The position numbers and the translations under genes were made by a program. Positions 26,410 to 39,255 of a stretch of 64,000 bases of DNA are shown piece after piece; positions within the stretch are counted from its first letter, which is position 1; each line of letters starts with the position of its first letter. Where the stretch lies: assembly GCA_002269645.1 (NCBI GenBank), contig NIVC01000083.1:124001-188000 (forward strand), read 5' to 3'. This stretch comes from Macrostomum lignano (lineage: Eukaryota). The notes beneath the pieces are model-generated. The model was given only the letters and a program-made list of their open reading frames with translations, was not told the origin of the DNA and did not search any database.

Positions 26410-28160
26410 ATGGGTAGATATATCTAGGCATGGGTAGAAATTTCTAAGCATGGATAGAGAGATCTAAGTATCGGTAGAGATATCTAAGCATCGGTAGAGA
26501 GATCTAAGCATCGATAGAGATATCTAAGCATAGATAGAGATATCTAAGCATAGATAGCGATATCTAAGCATGGATAGAGAGATCTAAGCATCGGTAGAGA
26601 TATCTAAGCATAGAGATATCTAAGCATAGATAGCGATATCTAAGCATGGATAGAGAGATCTAAGCATCGGTAGAGAGATCTAAGCATCGATAGAGATATC
26701 TAAGCATAGATAGAGATATCTAAGCATAGATAGCGATATCTAAGCATGGATAGAGAGATCTAAGTATCGGTAGAGATATCTAAGCATCGGTAGAGATATC
26801 TAAGCATCGGTAGAGAGATCTAAGCATCGATAGAGATATCTAAGCATAGATAGAGATATCTAAGCATAGATAGCGATATCTAAGCATGAATAGAGAGATC
26901 TAAGCATCGGTAGAGAGATCTAAGCATCGGTAGAGAGATCTAAGTATCGATAGAGATATCTAAGCATAGATAGCGATATCTAAGCATGGATAGAGAGATC
27001 TAAGCATCGGTAGAGAGATCTAAGCATCGATAGAGATATCTAAGCATAGATAGAGATATCTAAGCATAGATAGCGATATCTAAGCATGGATAGAGAGATC
27101 TAAGTATCGGTAGAGATATCTAAGCATCGGTAGAGATATCTAAGCATCGGTAGAGAGATCTAAGCATCGATAGAGATATCTAAGCATAGATAGAGATATC
27201 TAAGCATAGATAGCGATATCTAAGCATGGATAGAGAGATCTAAGCATCGGTAGAGATATCTAAGCATAGAGATATCTAAGCATAGATAGCGATATCTAAG
27301 CATGGATAGAGAGATCTAAGCATCGGTAGAGAGATCTAAGCATCGATAGAGATATCTAAGCATAGATAGAGATATCTAAGCATAGATAGCGATATCTAAG
27401 CATGGATAGAGAGATCTAAGCATAGATAGAGATATCTAAGCATCGGTAGAGATATCTAAGCATCGGTAGAGAGATCTAAGCATCGATAGAGATATCTAAG
27501 CATAGATAGAGATATCTAAGCATAGATAGCGATATCTAAGCATGGATAGAGAGATCTAAGCATCGGTAGAGATATCTAAGCATAGATAGCGATATCTAAG
27601 CATGGATAGAGAGATCTAAGCATCGGTAGAGAGATCTAAGCATCGATAGAGATATCTAAGCATCGATAGAGATATCTAAGCATAGATAGAGATATCTAAG
27701 CATAGATAGCGATATCTAAGCATGGATAGAGAGATCTAAGCATCGGTAGAGATATCTAAGCATCGGTAGAGATATCTAAGCATAGATAGAGATATCTAAG
27801 CATAGATAGCGATATCTAAGCATAGATAGCGATATCTAAGCATGGATAGAGAGATCTAAGCATCGGTAGAGATATCTAAGCATCGGTAGAGATATCTAAG
27901 CATCGGTAGAGTGATCTAAGCATAGATAGAGATATCTAAGCATAGATAGCGATATCTAAGCATAGATAGAGATATCTAAGCATAGATAGCGATATCTAAG
28001 CATAGATAGCGATATCTAAGCATGGATAGAGAGATCTAAGCATCGGTAGAGATATCTAAGCATCGGTAGAGATATCTAAGCATCGGTAGAGATATCTAAG
28101 CATCGGTAGAGTGATCTAAGCATCGGTAGAGATATCTAAAAGCTGTTCTAGATATCTCTA
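26410..28160. repeat. 20-bp minisatellite (GATATCTAAGCATCGGTAGA and variants), about 87 units, between MOB4 and the Kelch gene
   Basis: Visible tandem units. Confidence 0.97.
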
Positions 28161-28271
28161 AGCAAGACATGATACAATCTAATTACAATAGAGAGCCTCG
28201 TGCACTTAAATTGTAAGAATCAATCAGACTAGCAATAACTTTCACTAATTCCTGACTTGCTTTGCCGAATC

Positions 28272-31200
28272 ATGCAACAACAGCAGCAGCCGCCGCCTCC
28301 ACTGCCGTTGCCTCGACCGCACCAGCCTCATCATCATCATCATCATCATCAGCCTATGGCTCAGGCCCAGCTGCCACTGATGAATCCTCAGGCTCTGCCG
28401 CAGCAAATGATTCACCATCAGCCAACTTCCAATTTTTGTCCGTGCACTCACGGCGGCGGAGGTGGAAACCGTCTGGCTAGAAATCTAAATCGAACTGTCG
28501 CCTCTTCTTCGACATCGGCAACAGCTGCGGCTGGAGATGGCAACCAAGCTGCCGCTGCATCATCGACAACTGCAGCAGCCGTTGATGCTGAATCAACCAG
28601 CGACTCAACTGACAGCTCGGCCGATGCAGCCACGGCTGAAACTGTTCGATTTGTTGACGAGAACAAGGCCGAACGAATGGCTAAGGCGTTTCGATCACTT
28701 TACGAGACTAAACAGTTTGCCGATGTGGATATTTCTGTTGGTCAGGTTGGTTAAATTGAATGCCAGACAACTGCTCCTGTTTGGGAGGCTCTCGACCATC
28801 TATTGTTAGACAGTATAACATTCCCTCGACACAACCCCAGTGTACACAGGCTCTCTACGAATTCCTTCGCAAGCAGGCTCCCTACGAGCTTTTTCACCTA
28901 GTGTACGCAGACTCTACAAAATCCTTCACCTAGTGTACGCAGATTCTACAAACTCCTTCACCTAGTGTACGCAGACTCTACAAACTCCTTCACCTAGTGT
29001 ACGCAGACTCTACAAACTCCTTCACCTAGTGTACACAGACTACAAACTCCTTCACCTAGTGTACACAGACTCTACAAACTCCTTCACCTAGTGTACACAG
29101 ACTCTACAAACTCCTTCACCTAGTGTACACAGACTCTACAAACTCCTTCACCTAGTGTACACAGACTCTACAAACTCCTTCACCTAGTGTACGCAGACCC
29201 TACAAACTCCTTCACCTAGTGTACACAGACTACAAACTCCTTCACCTAGTGTACACAGACTCTACAAACTCCTTCACCTAGTGTACGCAGACCCTACAAA
29301 CTCCTTCACCTAGTGTACACAGAATCTACAAACTCCTTCACCTAGTGTACGCAGACTCTACAAACTCCTTCACCTAGTGTACACAGACTACAAACTCCTT
29401 CACCTAGTGTACACAGACTCTACAAACTCCTTCACCTAGTGTACACAGACTCTACAAACTCCTTCACCTAGTGTACACAGACTCTACAAACTCCTTCACC
29501 TAGTGTACACAGACTCTACAAACTCCTTCACCTAGTGTACGCAGACCCTACAAACTCCTTCACCTAGTGTACACAGACTACAAACTCCTTCACCTAGTGT
29601 ACAGAGACTCTACAAACTCCTTCACCTAGTGTACAGAGACTCTACAAACTCTTTCACCTAGTGTACAGAGACTCTACAAACTCTTTCACCTAGTGTACGC
29701 AGACTCTACAAACTCCTTCACCTAGTGTACAGAGACTCTACAAACTCCTTCACCTAGTGTACAGAGACTCTACAAACTCCTTCACCTAGTGTACAGAGAC
29801 TCTACAAACTCTTTCACCTAGTGTACAGAGACTCTACAAACTCCTTCACCTAGTGTACAGAGACTCTACAAACTCCTTCACCTAGTGTACAGAGACTCTA
29901 CAAACTCTTTCACCTAGTGTACGCAGACTCTACAAACTCCTTCACCTAGTGTACACAGACTACAAACTCCTTCACCTAGTGTACAGAGACTCTACAAACT
30001 CTTTCACCTAGTGTACGCAGACCCTACAAACTCCTTCACCTAGTGTACACAGACTACAAACTCCTTCACCTAGTGTACAGAGACTCTACAAACTCCTTCA
30101 CCTAGTGTACACAGACTCTACAAACTCCTTCACCTAGTGTACAGAGACTCTACAAACTCCTTCACCTAGTGTACAGAGACTCTACAAACTCCTTCACCTA
30201 GTGTACAGAGACTCTACAAACTCCTTCACCTAGTGTACAGACTGTACAAACTCCTTCACCTAGTGTACACTGACTCTACAAACTTCTTCACCTAGTATAC
30301 GCATGCTCTCTACGAACTCCTTCATCTAGTGTACGCAGGCTCTCTACGAATTCCTTTGCAAGCAGGCTCCCTACGAGCTTTTTTCACCTAGTATACGCAG
30401 GCTCTCAACGAACTCCTTATCTATCTTTGCCAATCCTCAAACTTGCAGGTAAATTTCGCTGCCCACAAAAACATCTTAGCGATGTCGAGCCCATTTTTCA
30501 TGGCAATGTTTAGTCACAGTTTGCGCGAATCCGTTAGCAATCAGGTGACCCTATCAGACATGGAGCCGGCAACCTTTGAATTGGTGCTGTCCTACATCTA
30601 CACAGGCTCTGTGAATCTCAGTTTGGACTCTGTCCAATGCCTACTATCGGCCGCTAATCTCCTACAGTTGCCTTCATTGAAAGCCGCATGCGCCGAGTAC
30701 ATGCGGCGTCACGTGACTAAGGCTAATTGTTTGCCTGTGTACTTTTTCGCCCGACTGCACGATTGTCACGCGTTGGCCCAATTGGCCAGGACGGTTATTG
30801 GGTCCAGCTTTCAAGAGGTTTATACTTGTTGGATTACCTTGTATTGCTACTGTTAGTAAGCCGTTTAGAACTTGTAAGTAGATAAACAAAAACTACTGTA
30901 GGTTCAGATAGTGAGATTCATAAATCGGAGAAGTTCGTGTGTTAAAACTATATGGCAAGATTGCCAAGATGATAAATGAGTTACTGATACGAAAAGTAAG
31001 AAAAATGTGATTGGGACGAAGGGTGAGAAAGTGAGACTGGGATGAAGGGTGAGAAAGTGAGACTGAGATGAAGGGTGAGAAAATGAGACTGAGATGATGG
31101 GTGATAAAGTGAGACTGAGACGAATGGTGAGAAAATGAGATTGAAAAGAAGGGTGAGAAAATGAGATTGAAAAGAAGGGTGAGAAAATGAGACCATCATG

Positions 31201-34200
31201 AAGGGTGAGAAAATGAGACTAACATGAAGGGTTGGAAAATCAGAATAACATGAAGGGTGAGAAAATGAGACTAACATGAAGGGTTAGAAAATCAGAATAA
31301 CATGAAGGGTGAGAAAATGAGACTGAGATGAAGGGTGATAAAGTGAGACTGGGATGAAGGGTGAGAAAGTGAGACTGGGATGAAGGGTGAGAAAATGAGA
31401 CTGACATGAAGGGTTAGAAAATCATAATAACATGAAGGGTGAGAAAATGAGACTAACATGAAGGGTTAGAAAATCAGAATAACATGAAGGGTGAGAAAAT
31501 GAGACTGAGATGAAGGGTGAGAAAGTGAGACTGGGATGAAGGGTGAGATAATGAGACTGAGATGAAGGGTGAGAAAGTGAGACTGGGATGAAGTGTGAGA
31601 AAATGAGACTGAGATGAAGGGGGAGATAGTGAGACTGGGATGAAGGGTGAGAAAATGAGACTGACATGAAGGGTTAGAAAATCATAATAACATGAAGGGT
31701 GAGAAAATGAGACTAACATGAAGGGTTAGAAAATCAGAATAACATGAAGGGTGAGAAAATGAGACTGAGATGAAGGGTGAGAAAGTGAGACTGGGATGAA
31801 GTGTGAGAAAATGAGACTGAGATGAAGGGGGAGATAGTGAGACTGAGATGAAGGGTGAGAAAGTGAGACTGGGATGAAGTGTGAGAAAATGAGACTGAGA
31901 TGAAGGGGGAGATAGTGAGCCTGAGACGAAGGGTGAGGAAGTAAGACTGAGATGAAGGGTGAGAAAGTGAGACTGAGATGAAGGGTGAGTGAAAAAGAGA
32001 AATGTGCAAGACCCACCTCATGAGTCTCCAACCGGATCGCAGATCTGCAGCCAAGACGAGTTTCTCAGTCTGCCAGCGGACAGATTGGCCGAAATTATTC
32101 GCGACGATTTTCTGTGCGTCCAATCCGAGGAGGCGGTGTTCGAGGCCTGCTTGGCTTGGCTGGCCCGGGACCCCCAGGCTCGACTAAGCCAAGCTTATGA
32201 CATTATGAAGTATGTTCGATTCGCCTGTATGAGCTGTTATTACCTGTGCGACAGGGTCGAGTGCGAGCCTATGCTGCAGGCCGATAGTAAAGTGCAGGTG
32301 AGCGATTACCTGTTACCTGGGATTAGATTGGGTGAGATACCTGGGATTTTATTGGGTGAGATGCCTGAGATTTGATTGGGTGAGATACCTGGGATTTGAT
32401 TGGGTGAGATAACTGAGATCTGATTTGGTGAGATACCTGGGATTCGATTGGGTGAGATAACTGGCATTCGATTGGGTGAGATAACTGTGATCTGTTTGGG
32501 TGAGATACCTGGGATTCGATTGGGTGAAATACCTGGGATTCGATTGGGTGAGATACCTGGGATTCGATTGGGTTAGATACCTGGGATTCGATTGGGTTAG
32601 ATACCTGGGATTCGATTGGGTTAGATACCTGGGATTCGATTGGGTTAGATACCTGGGATTCGATTGGGTGAGATACCTGGGATTTAATTGGGTGAGATAC
32701 CTGGGATTCGATTGGGTGAGATACCTGGGATTCGATTGGGTGAGATACCTGGGATTCGATTGGGTGAAATACCTGGGATTCGATTGGGTGAGATACCTGG
32801 GATTCGATTGGGTGAGATACCTGGGATTCGATTGGGTTAGATACCTGGGATTCGATTGGGTTAGATACCTGGGATTCGATTGGGTTAGATACCTGGGATT
32901 CGATTGGGTGAGATACCTGGGATTTAATTGGGTGAGATACCTGGGATTCGATTGGGTGAGATACCTGGGATTCGATTGGGTGAGATACCTGGGATTCGAT
33001 TGGGTGAGATACCTGGGATTCGATTGGGTGAGATACCTGGGATTCGATTGGGTTAGATACCTGGGATTTGATTGGGTGAGATACCTGGGATTCGATTAGG
33101 TGAGATACCTGGAATTCGATTGGGTGAGATATCTGTGATCTGATTTGGTGAGATACCTGGGATTCGATTGGGTGAGATAACTGGCATTCGATCGGGTGAG
33201 ATAACTGTGATCTGTTTGGGGTGAGATACCTGGGATTCGATTGGGTGAGATACCTGGGATTGCACTGATAGATACCCAAACTGTAGGAACTGCTCAGGCT
33301 GGCCCGCTATCATCACATGCTGCCGAATCGTCAAGCGGAACTGGACTTGAACTCGACTCCCCGTTGCGGCATGAGCTACGTTCGCGGCTACCTAATAGTG
33401 GCCAACCCGTATTCTGAGGATAAAACTAGAAAATTTAACTCTGTGGAGTTGTTGCTGCCCTCTGTGGCTGGCGGAGTAGCCGGTGGAGACGGTTACTGCC
33501 ATCTGCAGCATCAGCAGCCTCCTCAGTATCACCTGGTGCGGATTGCTAAACTGCCTCTGTCGCTTTATATGCCAGGTAAAGTGTCTTTGTTGTTTCAATT
33601 TCTGAATCGCTCCTGACAGAACTAAGAATCGCTCCTGACAGAATTAAGAATCGCTCCTGACAGAACTAAGAATCGCCCCTGACAGAATTAAGAATCGCCC
33701 CCGACAAAACTAAGAATCGCCTCTGACAGAACTAAGAATCGCCCCTGACAGAACTAAGAATCGCCACTGACAGAACTAACCATCGCCCCTGACAAACTAA
33801 GAATCGCCCCTGACAGAACTAAGAATTGCTCCTGACAGAACTAAGAATCGCTCCTGACAGAACTAAGAATCGCTCCTGACAGAACTAAGAATCGCTCCTG
33901 ACAGACAGATCTAAGAATCGCTCCTGACAGACAGATCTAAGAATAGCTCCTGACAGAACTAAGAATCTCCGTGACAGAACTAATAATCACCGTGACAGAA
34001 CTAAGAATCGCCCTGACAGAACTAATAATCACCGTGACAGAACTAAGAATCGCCCTGACAGAACTAAAAATCGCTCCTGACAAACAGAACTAAGAATCGC
34101 TCCTGACAGAACTAAAAATCGCTCCTGACAAACAGAACTAAGAATTGCCCGACAGAACTCAGCTATAATTTTTCCGTAAATAGATAGCCAGAAAAATATT

Positions 34201-37200
34201 GTTGCATCAACACAAGCAACAACCTTGTCATGTGATGTCTTTTGCTATCTAGAAATAGATCATCATTATGCTTTTGTCTACCTCTCTTTTGTTATCATTC
34301 TGCGCTTTGAGAACAGAAATTTAAGTGGCCTGCCCTGGATACTAAAATGTACATCTAAGCTACCTTGTCTTTCTTGAGTTAGTGTCATACCCTTATAAAG
34401 TGTCCTCATGCGCAATGGGGCAGGCTTTTAATTGCAGAGTGGTCGGTCGGTGAGACGCGATAAACAAACTGCTTTATATTTCTAGGAAATAGCTGTCGAC
34501 ACAAGAGGACATCATGTGTCTAACAACCGTGTGTCTATACTTTTTACCTGCACGAATGAGTCTCGTGATAATTTTACTAGCCTAGACACTATGGCCTTTA
34601 ATTAATATTCATGATTCTATTGGGCTTAAACTGCGTCTCTCTTTTTATTGACTAAACTGAGCAAAGTTCCTTTTGCGTTAAACTATGCTTCGCACCTTTG
34701 CTCAAATTCGTGAATTTCTAATCTCACCCTTACTCTTCACCTCTCTGAATCTCTTAACTCACCTTTGCTCACCTCTCTGAATCTCCAATCTCACCCTTGC
34801 TCACCTCTCTGAATCTCTAATCTAACCCTTACTCATCACCTCTCTGAATCTCCAATCTCACCCTTGCTCACCTCTCTGAATCTCTAATCTCACCCTTACT
34901 CATCACCTCTCTAAATCTTAACACACCTTTGCTCACCTCTCTGAATCTCCAATCTCACCCTTGCTCACCTCTCTGAATCTCTAATCTCACCCTTACTCAT
35001 CACCTCTCTGAATCTCCAATCTCACCCTTGCTCACCTCTCTGAATCTCTAATCTCACCCTTACTCATCACCTCTCTGAATTTCTTAACTCACCTTTGCTC
35101 ACCTCTCTGAATCTCCAATCTCACCCTTTCTCACCTCTCTGAATCTCCAATCTCACCCTTGCTCACCTCTCTGAATCTCCAATCTCACCCTTGCTCACCT
35201 CTCTGAATCTCTAATCTAACCCTTACTCATCTCCTCTCTGAATTTCTTAACTCACCTTTGCTCACCTCTCTGAATCTCCAATCTCACCCTTGCTCACCTC
35301 TCTGAATCTCCAATCTCACCCTTGCTCACCTCTCTGAATCTCTAATCTAACCCTTACTCATCACCTCTCTGAATCTCTTAACTCACCCTTGCTCACCTCT
35401 CTGAATCTCTTAACTCACCTTGCTCCAATCTCCAATCTCACCCTTGCTCACCTATCTGAATCTCTAATCTAACCCTTGCTCACCTCTCTGAATCTCCAAT
35501 CTCACCCTTGCACACCTCTCTGAATCTCCAATCTCACCCTTGCTCACCTCTCTGAATCTCCTATCTCACCCTTGCTCACCTCTCTGAATCTCCAATCTCA
35601 ACCTTGCTCACCTCTCTGAATCTCTAATTTCATCATAAACTCTCATATATCTTACTCTAAACTCTCACATATCTTAATCTCTAATCTCATTATAAACTCT
35701 CACGCATCTCAATCTCTAATCTAACCCTCACCCAACGCAGGCGTAGTGGTCACGGGCTCCAACCAGCTGCTTCTGGCCGGCGGCACCCAGAAGAAAATTT
35801 CAGTCCGCGGCAGCGTCACCTGCGACGGCGTCTCCAACCAGCTGCACTCCGCGCAGACAGACGTCTCGAACTCTTGGACCTGGCAGTCCTTGGCTCGGAT
35901 GGCTCTGCCTCGAACTCAGTTTCTATTCGTTCTGGTCGATCAGGCCGTGTACGCGGTTGGCGGCTTCACGGGTCAGGAGGTCACGGATCAGGTTGAGAAG
36001 TTCTGCCTGCAGAGTCTGGTCTGGCGCTCCGTGGCGCCGCTGCCTCAGCCGCTCCGGTGCGCCACCGGGCACGCCTACAGAGGCCGGCTGTACACCTTCG
36101 GCGGGGAGAATGCTCGCGGAGAGATTGTTAATGTCTGCTATCGGTGAGCGGCCTCGGGTTCATCATTCATGTTCGTCCCAAGGACGACTTAAGTAGAAGG
36201 ACGGGAAACCTCGTTTCTTAGAAAAGTTTTGAAGGCACTTTTTCCCGAAAAAATACACTACGGAGATAGGAAGTTTTCATTTTTTCAGCACAAAAATTGT
36301 TATTGCGTTTGATAGGAGGCAGATCCAGTGTTAATCTTTTGATATGTTGTGCCTTTTTTATTGCTCTATCGATATTTATAAAGCTTTTCGTTCAGAAAAT
36401 TAGGATTCTATGTTAATTTTTTATTCCACGTATATTTCCTGTATCTAAAAATCACAAAAATGCATGACACAGCTCCAATATTTGGTTTTATGAACCTATT
36501 TTATCATCTCTGTTACAAATATTTGCTACACAGTCGGGTAAGAATGATAAAAAAGACTCATGAAGCTAAAGAGCCGAGCCGTGGCATTCTAATGTATTTC
36601 AAGCACAAGACACGCGAAAATATACGTAGAATAAAAAATTAACATAGAATCCTAATTTTCTGAACGAAAAGCTTTATAAATATCGATAGAGCAATAAAAA
36701 AGGCACAACATACCAAAAGATTAACACTGGATCTGCCTCCTATCAAACGCAATAACAATTTTTGTGCTGAAAAAATGAAAACTTCCTATCTCCGTAGTGT
36801 ATTTTTTCGGGAAAAAGTGCCTTCAAAACTTTTCTAAGAAACGAGGTTTCCCGTCCTTCTACTTAAGTCGTCCTTGGTTCGTCCCTTCAGGTTTATCCCT
36901 TCAGGTTCATTCCTTCAGGTTAATCCTTCAGGTTCATCCCTTCAGGTTCATCCCTTCAGGTTCATCCCTTCAGGTTAATCCTTCAGGTTCATCCCTTCAG
37001 GTTCATCCCTTCAGGTTAATCCTTCAGGTTCATCCCTCCAGATTCATTCCTTCAGGTTCATCCCTTCAGATTCATTCCTTCAGGTTTACCCTTTCAGGTT
37101 CATCCTTCAGGTTCATCCCTTCAGGTTCATCCCTTCAGGTTCATCCCTTCAGATTCATTCCTTCAGGTTTACCCTTTCAGGTTAATCCTTCAGGTTCATC

Positions 37201-38011
37201 CCTTCAGGTTCATCCCTTCAGATTCATTCCTTCAGGTTCATCCCTTCAGGTTCATCCCTTCAGGTTCATCCCTTCAGATTCATTCCTTCAGGTTTACCCC
37301 TTCAGGTTCATTCCTTTAGGTTAATCCTTCGGGTTCATCCCTCCAGGTTTGTACTTCAGGTTCATCCCTTCAGGTTCATTCCTTCAGGTTCTGATTTTTC
37401 CTTCAGGCTTGTCCTTCAGAATATCCTACCACACGCATTAAACTGCTCAACTCTGAAAATCTGTCCCCAGCTACGACCCCCAGTCGGACAGCTGGTCCGA
37501 GCTCGCCTCAATGCAGACGCCTCGAGCTCTGGCCGGGTGCGCTGTACACCGCGACCGACTGTACGTCATCGGCGGCAACACGGCCCCGTCGGAGCGCTGG
37601 CGCAAGGAGATCCTGCCGGAGTTCTGCACAGACAGCGTCGAGATATTCGATCCGGACTCTGGCGCATGGGAGGCCGGGCCTTCGCTGCCCAACCTGCTGT
37701 GCGGCGCCGGGGTGGCCAAGCTGTCCGGCTGCCTTCGAGTCATCGGCGGCGAAGACGACAAGTCCTGGATGGCTGGCGAGTGCCGCCTGACCGACAACCG
37801 CTGGGAGGAGGCGCAACTGTTCCACGCGGCGATCATGTCCACCTTCGGCTGCGCGGTTGCCTCCGTGTCGAAGGAGCTACTGAAGAAGTGCGCGCCCTGC
37901 GGTGCCGGCGGAGCTGCCGGTCACAAGTGCCCCTGCTATGATCCCATGATGATGCCAGCTGATGAAGCTGCATTCTCGCCACGTGAGCAGAGCCCCAGGC
38001 CGGCTATCTGA
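28272..38011 (+). CDS. BTB-BACK-Kelch (KLHL family) protein; exons 28272-28745, 30449-30817, 32043-32297, 33287-33575, 35741-36143, 37471-38011 (about 775 aa)
   Basis: BTB: FADVDISVGQVNFAAHKNILAMSSPFFMAMFSHSLRES. BACK: EFLSLPADRLAEIIRDDFLCVQSEEAVFEACLAWL. Kelch repeats have GG and W motifs (VYAVGGFTG, LYTFGGE, LYVIGGN). Junctions are GT-AG and frame-consistent. The exact orthologue is not recognised, and the start codon is a best guess. Confidence 0.9.
28840..30415. repeat. 32-bp minisatellite (CTAGTGTACACAGACTCTACAAACTCCTTCAC) in Kelch intron 1
   Basis: Visible tandem units. Confidence 0.97.
30985..31990. repeat. 26-bp minisatellite (GATGAAGGGTGAGAAAGTGAGACTGG) in Kelch intron 2
   Basis: Visible tandem units. 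Confidence 0.95.
32310..33262. repeat. 24-bp minisatellite (GATACCTGGGATTCGATTGGGTGA) filling Kelch intron 3
   Basis: Visible tandem units; they give the spurious 8-aa repeat ORFs. Confidence 0.97.
33605..34155. repeat. 22-bp minisatellite (AAGAATCGCTCCTGACAGAACT) in Kelch intron 4
   Basis: Visible tandem units. Confidence 0.95.
34715..35730. repeat. About 32-35-bp pyrimidine-rich minisatellite (CTCACCTCTCTGAATCTCCAATCTCACCCTTG) in Kelch intron 4
   Basis: Visible tandem units running up to the acceptor. Confidence 0.94.
36179..36876. mobile_element. 698-bp foldback/MITE DNA transposon, copy 2 (8-bp TSD GTTCGTCC), in Kelch intron 5
   Basis: Same length and near-identical to 8691-9388; GTTCGTCC lies at 36171-36178 and 36877-36884. 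Confidence 0.95.
36885..37420. repeat. 14-bp minisatellite (CCTTCAGGTTCATC) in Kelch intron 5
   Basis: Visible tandem units. Confidence 0.94.
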
Positions 38012-38884
38012 TGGGGGGATCCTTTTTAGTACGAGTAGCCTGTGACTGGCTATTGGCTGTCCGGCTTTTTTGGGAACTGCTTTTTTCATTGTTTTGTTTG
38101 CGGCTGTTTGGTGTGCTTTCCTGCTATTGGCTCTCTCTGCCCTCTCTTCCCTCCCTTACCCCTGTCCTCTCCTCTCCCCTTGTCCAGTATCCTCTCTCTC
38201 CCTCTCCCTCTCTCTCCTCATCTCCCCTCCCGCTCATTGCAGCAGTAGGCATTTCGTTGGTGAATCAGTGTTGGTGTACATTTTCTCAATTTTAAAAAAA
38301 AGGCCCCTCATCAAAACCCAGTGACCTTTGGCATTATAATTCTTGCTTTATGAGCTTGTTGCATATTGAGCAATTCAAATTAGTATTTAGTATTGCAAGC
38401 CAATGCATTATTATTGCTTAAGTAGATATCTAGTTGCTTTAGTTTAGCCTGCCTGCTCTCTTTGACAAGTCAATCGCGAAAATCATTTGATACAGATTCA
38501 TATAGATTAGTCAGCTTTATACGTGTATATCAATATTTTTGTATGATAATATGGCAGTTCCATCCAAAACTGAAGCCCCTTCAATGCTTTACCTTCAGTG
38601 CCCACAGTTGGACCAGCTAGTATATTTTCCTGTTTTCAAATTTGTCCTTTTAAATACCAGAGACATTTTCTGTGCAATAAACGATCTCATTTTTGAGATA
38701 TCTTGGAAATCGGATCTCGCTGCGCATGTTCAATCCTTGTGTTTTGCACCGAACTTTCCTAGAAATCCATTCTCTGCTTCTTATGACTTATCATTTTGTC
38801 GTGAGTACATTGTCTGACTATGGAGATTTTCAACTGGGTTTTTAAAGAATCTCAGGGTTGAGATTTTAGCAAATACAGGAATCG

Positions 38885-39195
38885 TAATAGTGAGATTTTC
38901 ATCAGATACGTGAATCTCATTGGTGAGATTTTCATCAGATACGTGAATCTCATTGGTGAGATTTTCATCAGATACGTGAATCTCAATATGGTGAGATTTT
39001 CATCAGATACGTGAATCTCAATATGGTGAGATTTTCATCAGATACGTGAATCTCAATATGGTGAGATTTTCATCAGATACGTGAATCTCAATATGGTGAG
39101 ATTTTCATCAGATACGTGAATCTCAATATGGTGAGATTTTCATCAGATACGTGAATCTCAATATGGTGAGATTTTCATCAGATACGTGAATCTCA
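38885..39195. repeat. 35-bp minisatellite (GTGAGATTTTCATCAGATACGTGAATCTCAATATG) with internal 7-bp inverted repeat
   Basis: About 9 visible units with no variable spacers. Confidence 0.93.
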
Positions 39196-39219
39196 TGGGT
39201 AAATTTTTAAACATGTGAT

Positions 39220-39255
39220 CAGGGACTACTCAAACCTGATTTTGAGTAGTCCCTG
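39220..39255. mobile_element. 36-bp TIR-only hAT-like element with 8-bp TSD CATGTGAT
   Basis: CAGGGACTACTCAAA-CCTGAT-TTTGAGTAGTCCCTG (perfect 15-bp inverted repeats). CATGTGAT lies at 39212-39219 and 39256-39263. Confidence 0.85.

Noticed and set aside
38885-39195. 35-bp repeats with an internal hairpin (TGAGATT...AATCTCA) resembling CRISPR repeats
   Set aside because: Units are directly adjacent with no unique spacers, no cas genes are present, and the context is eukaryotic.
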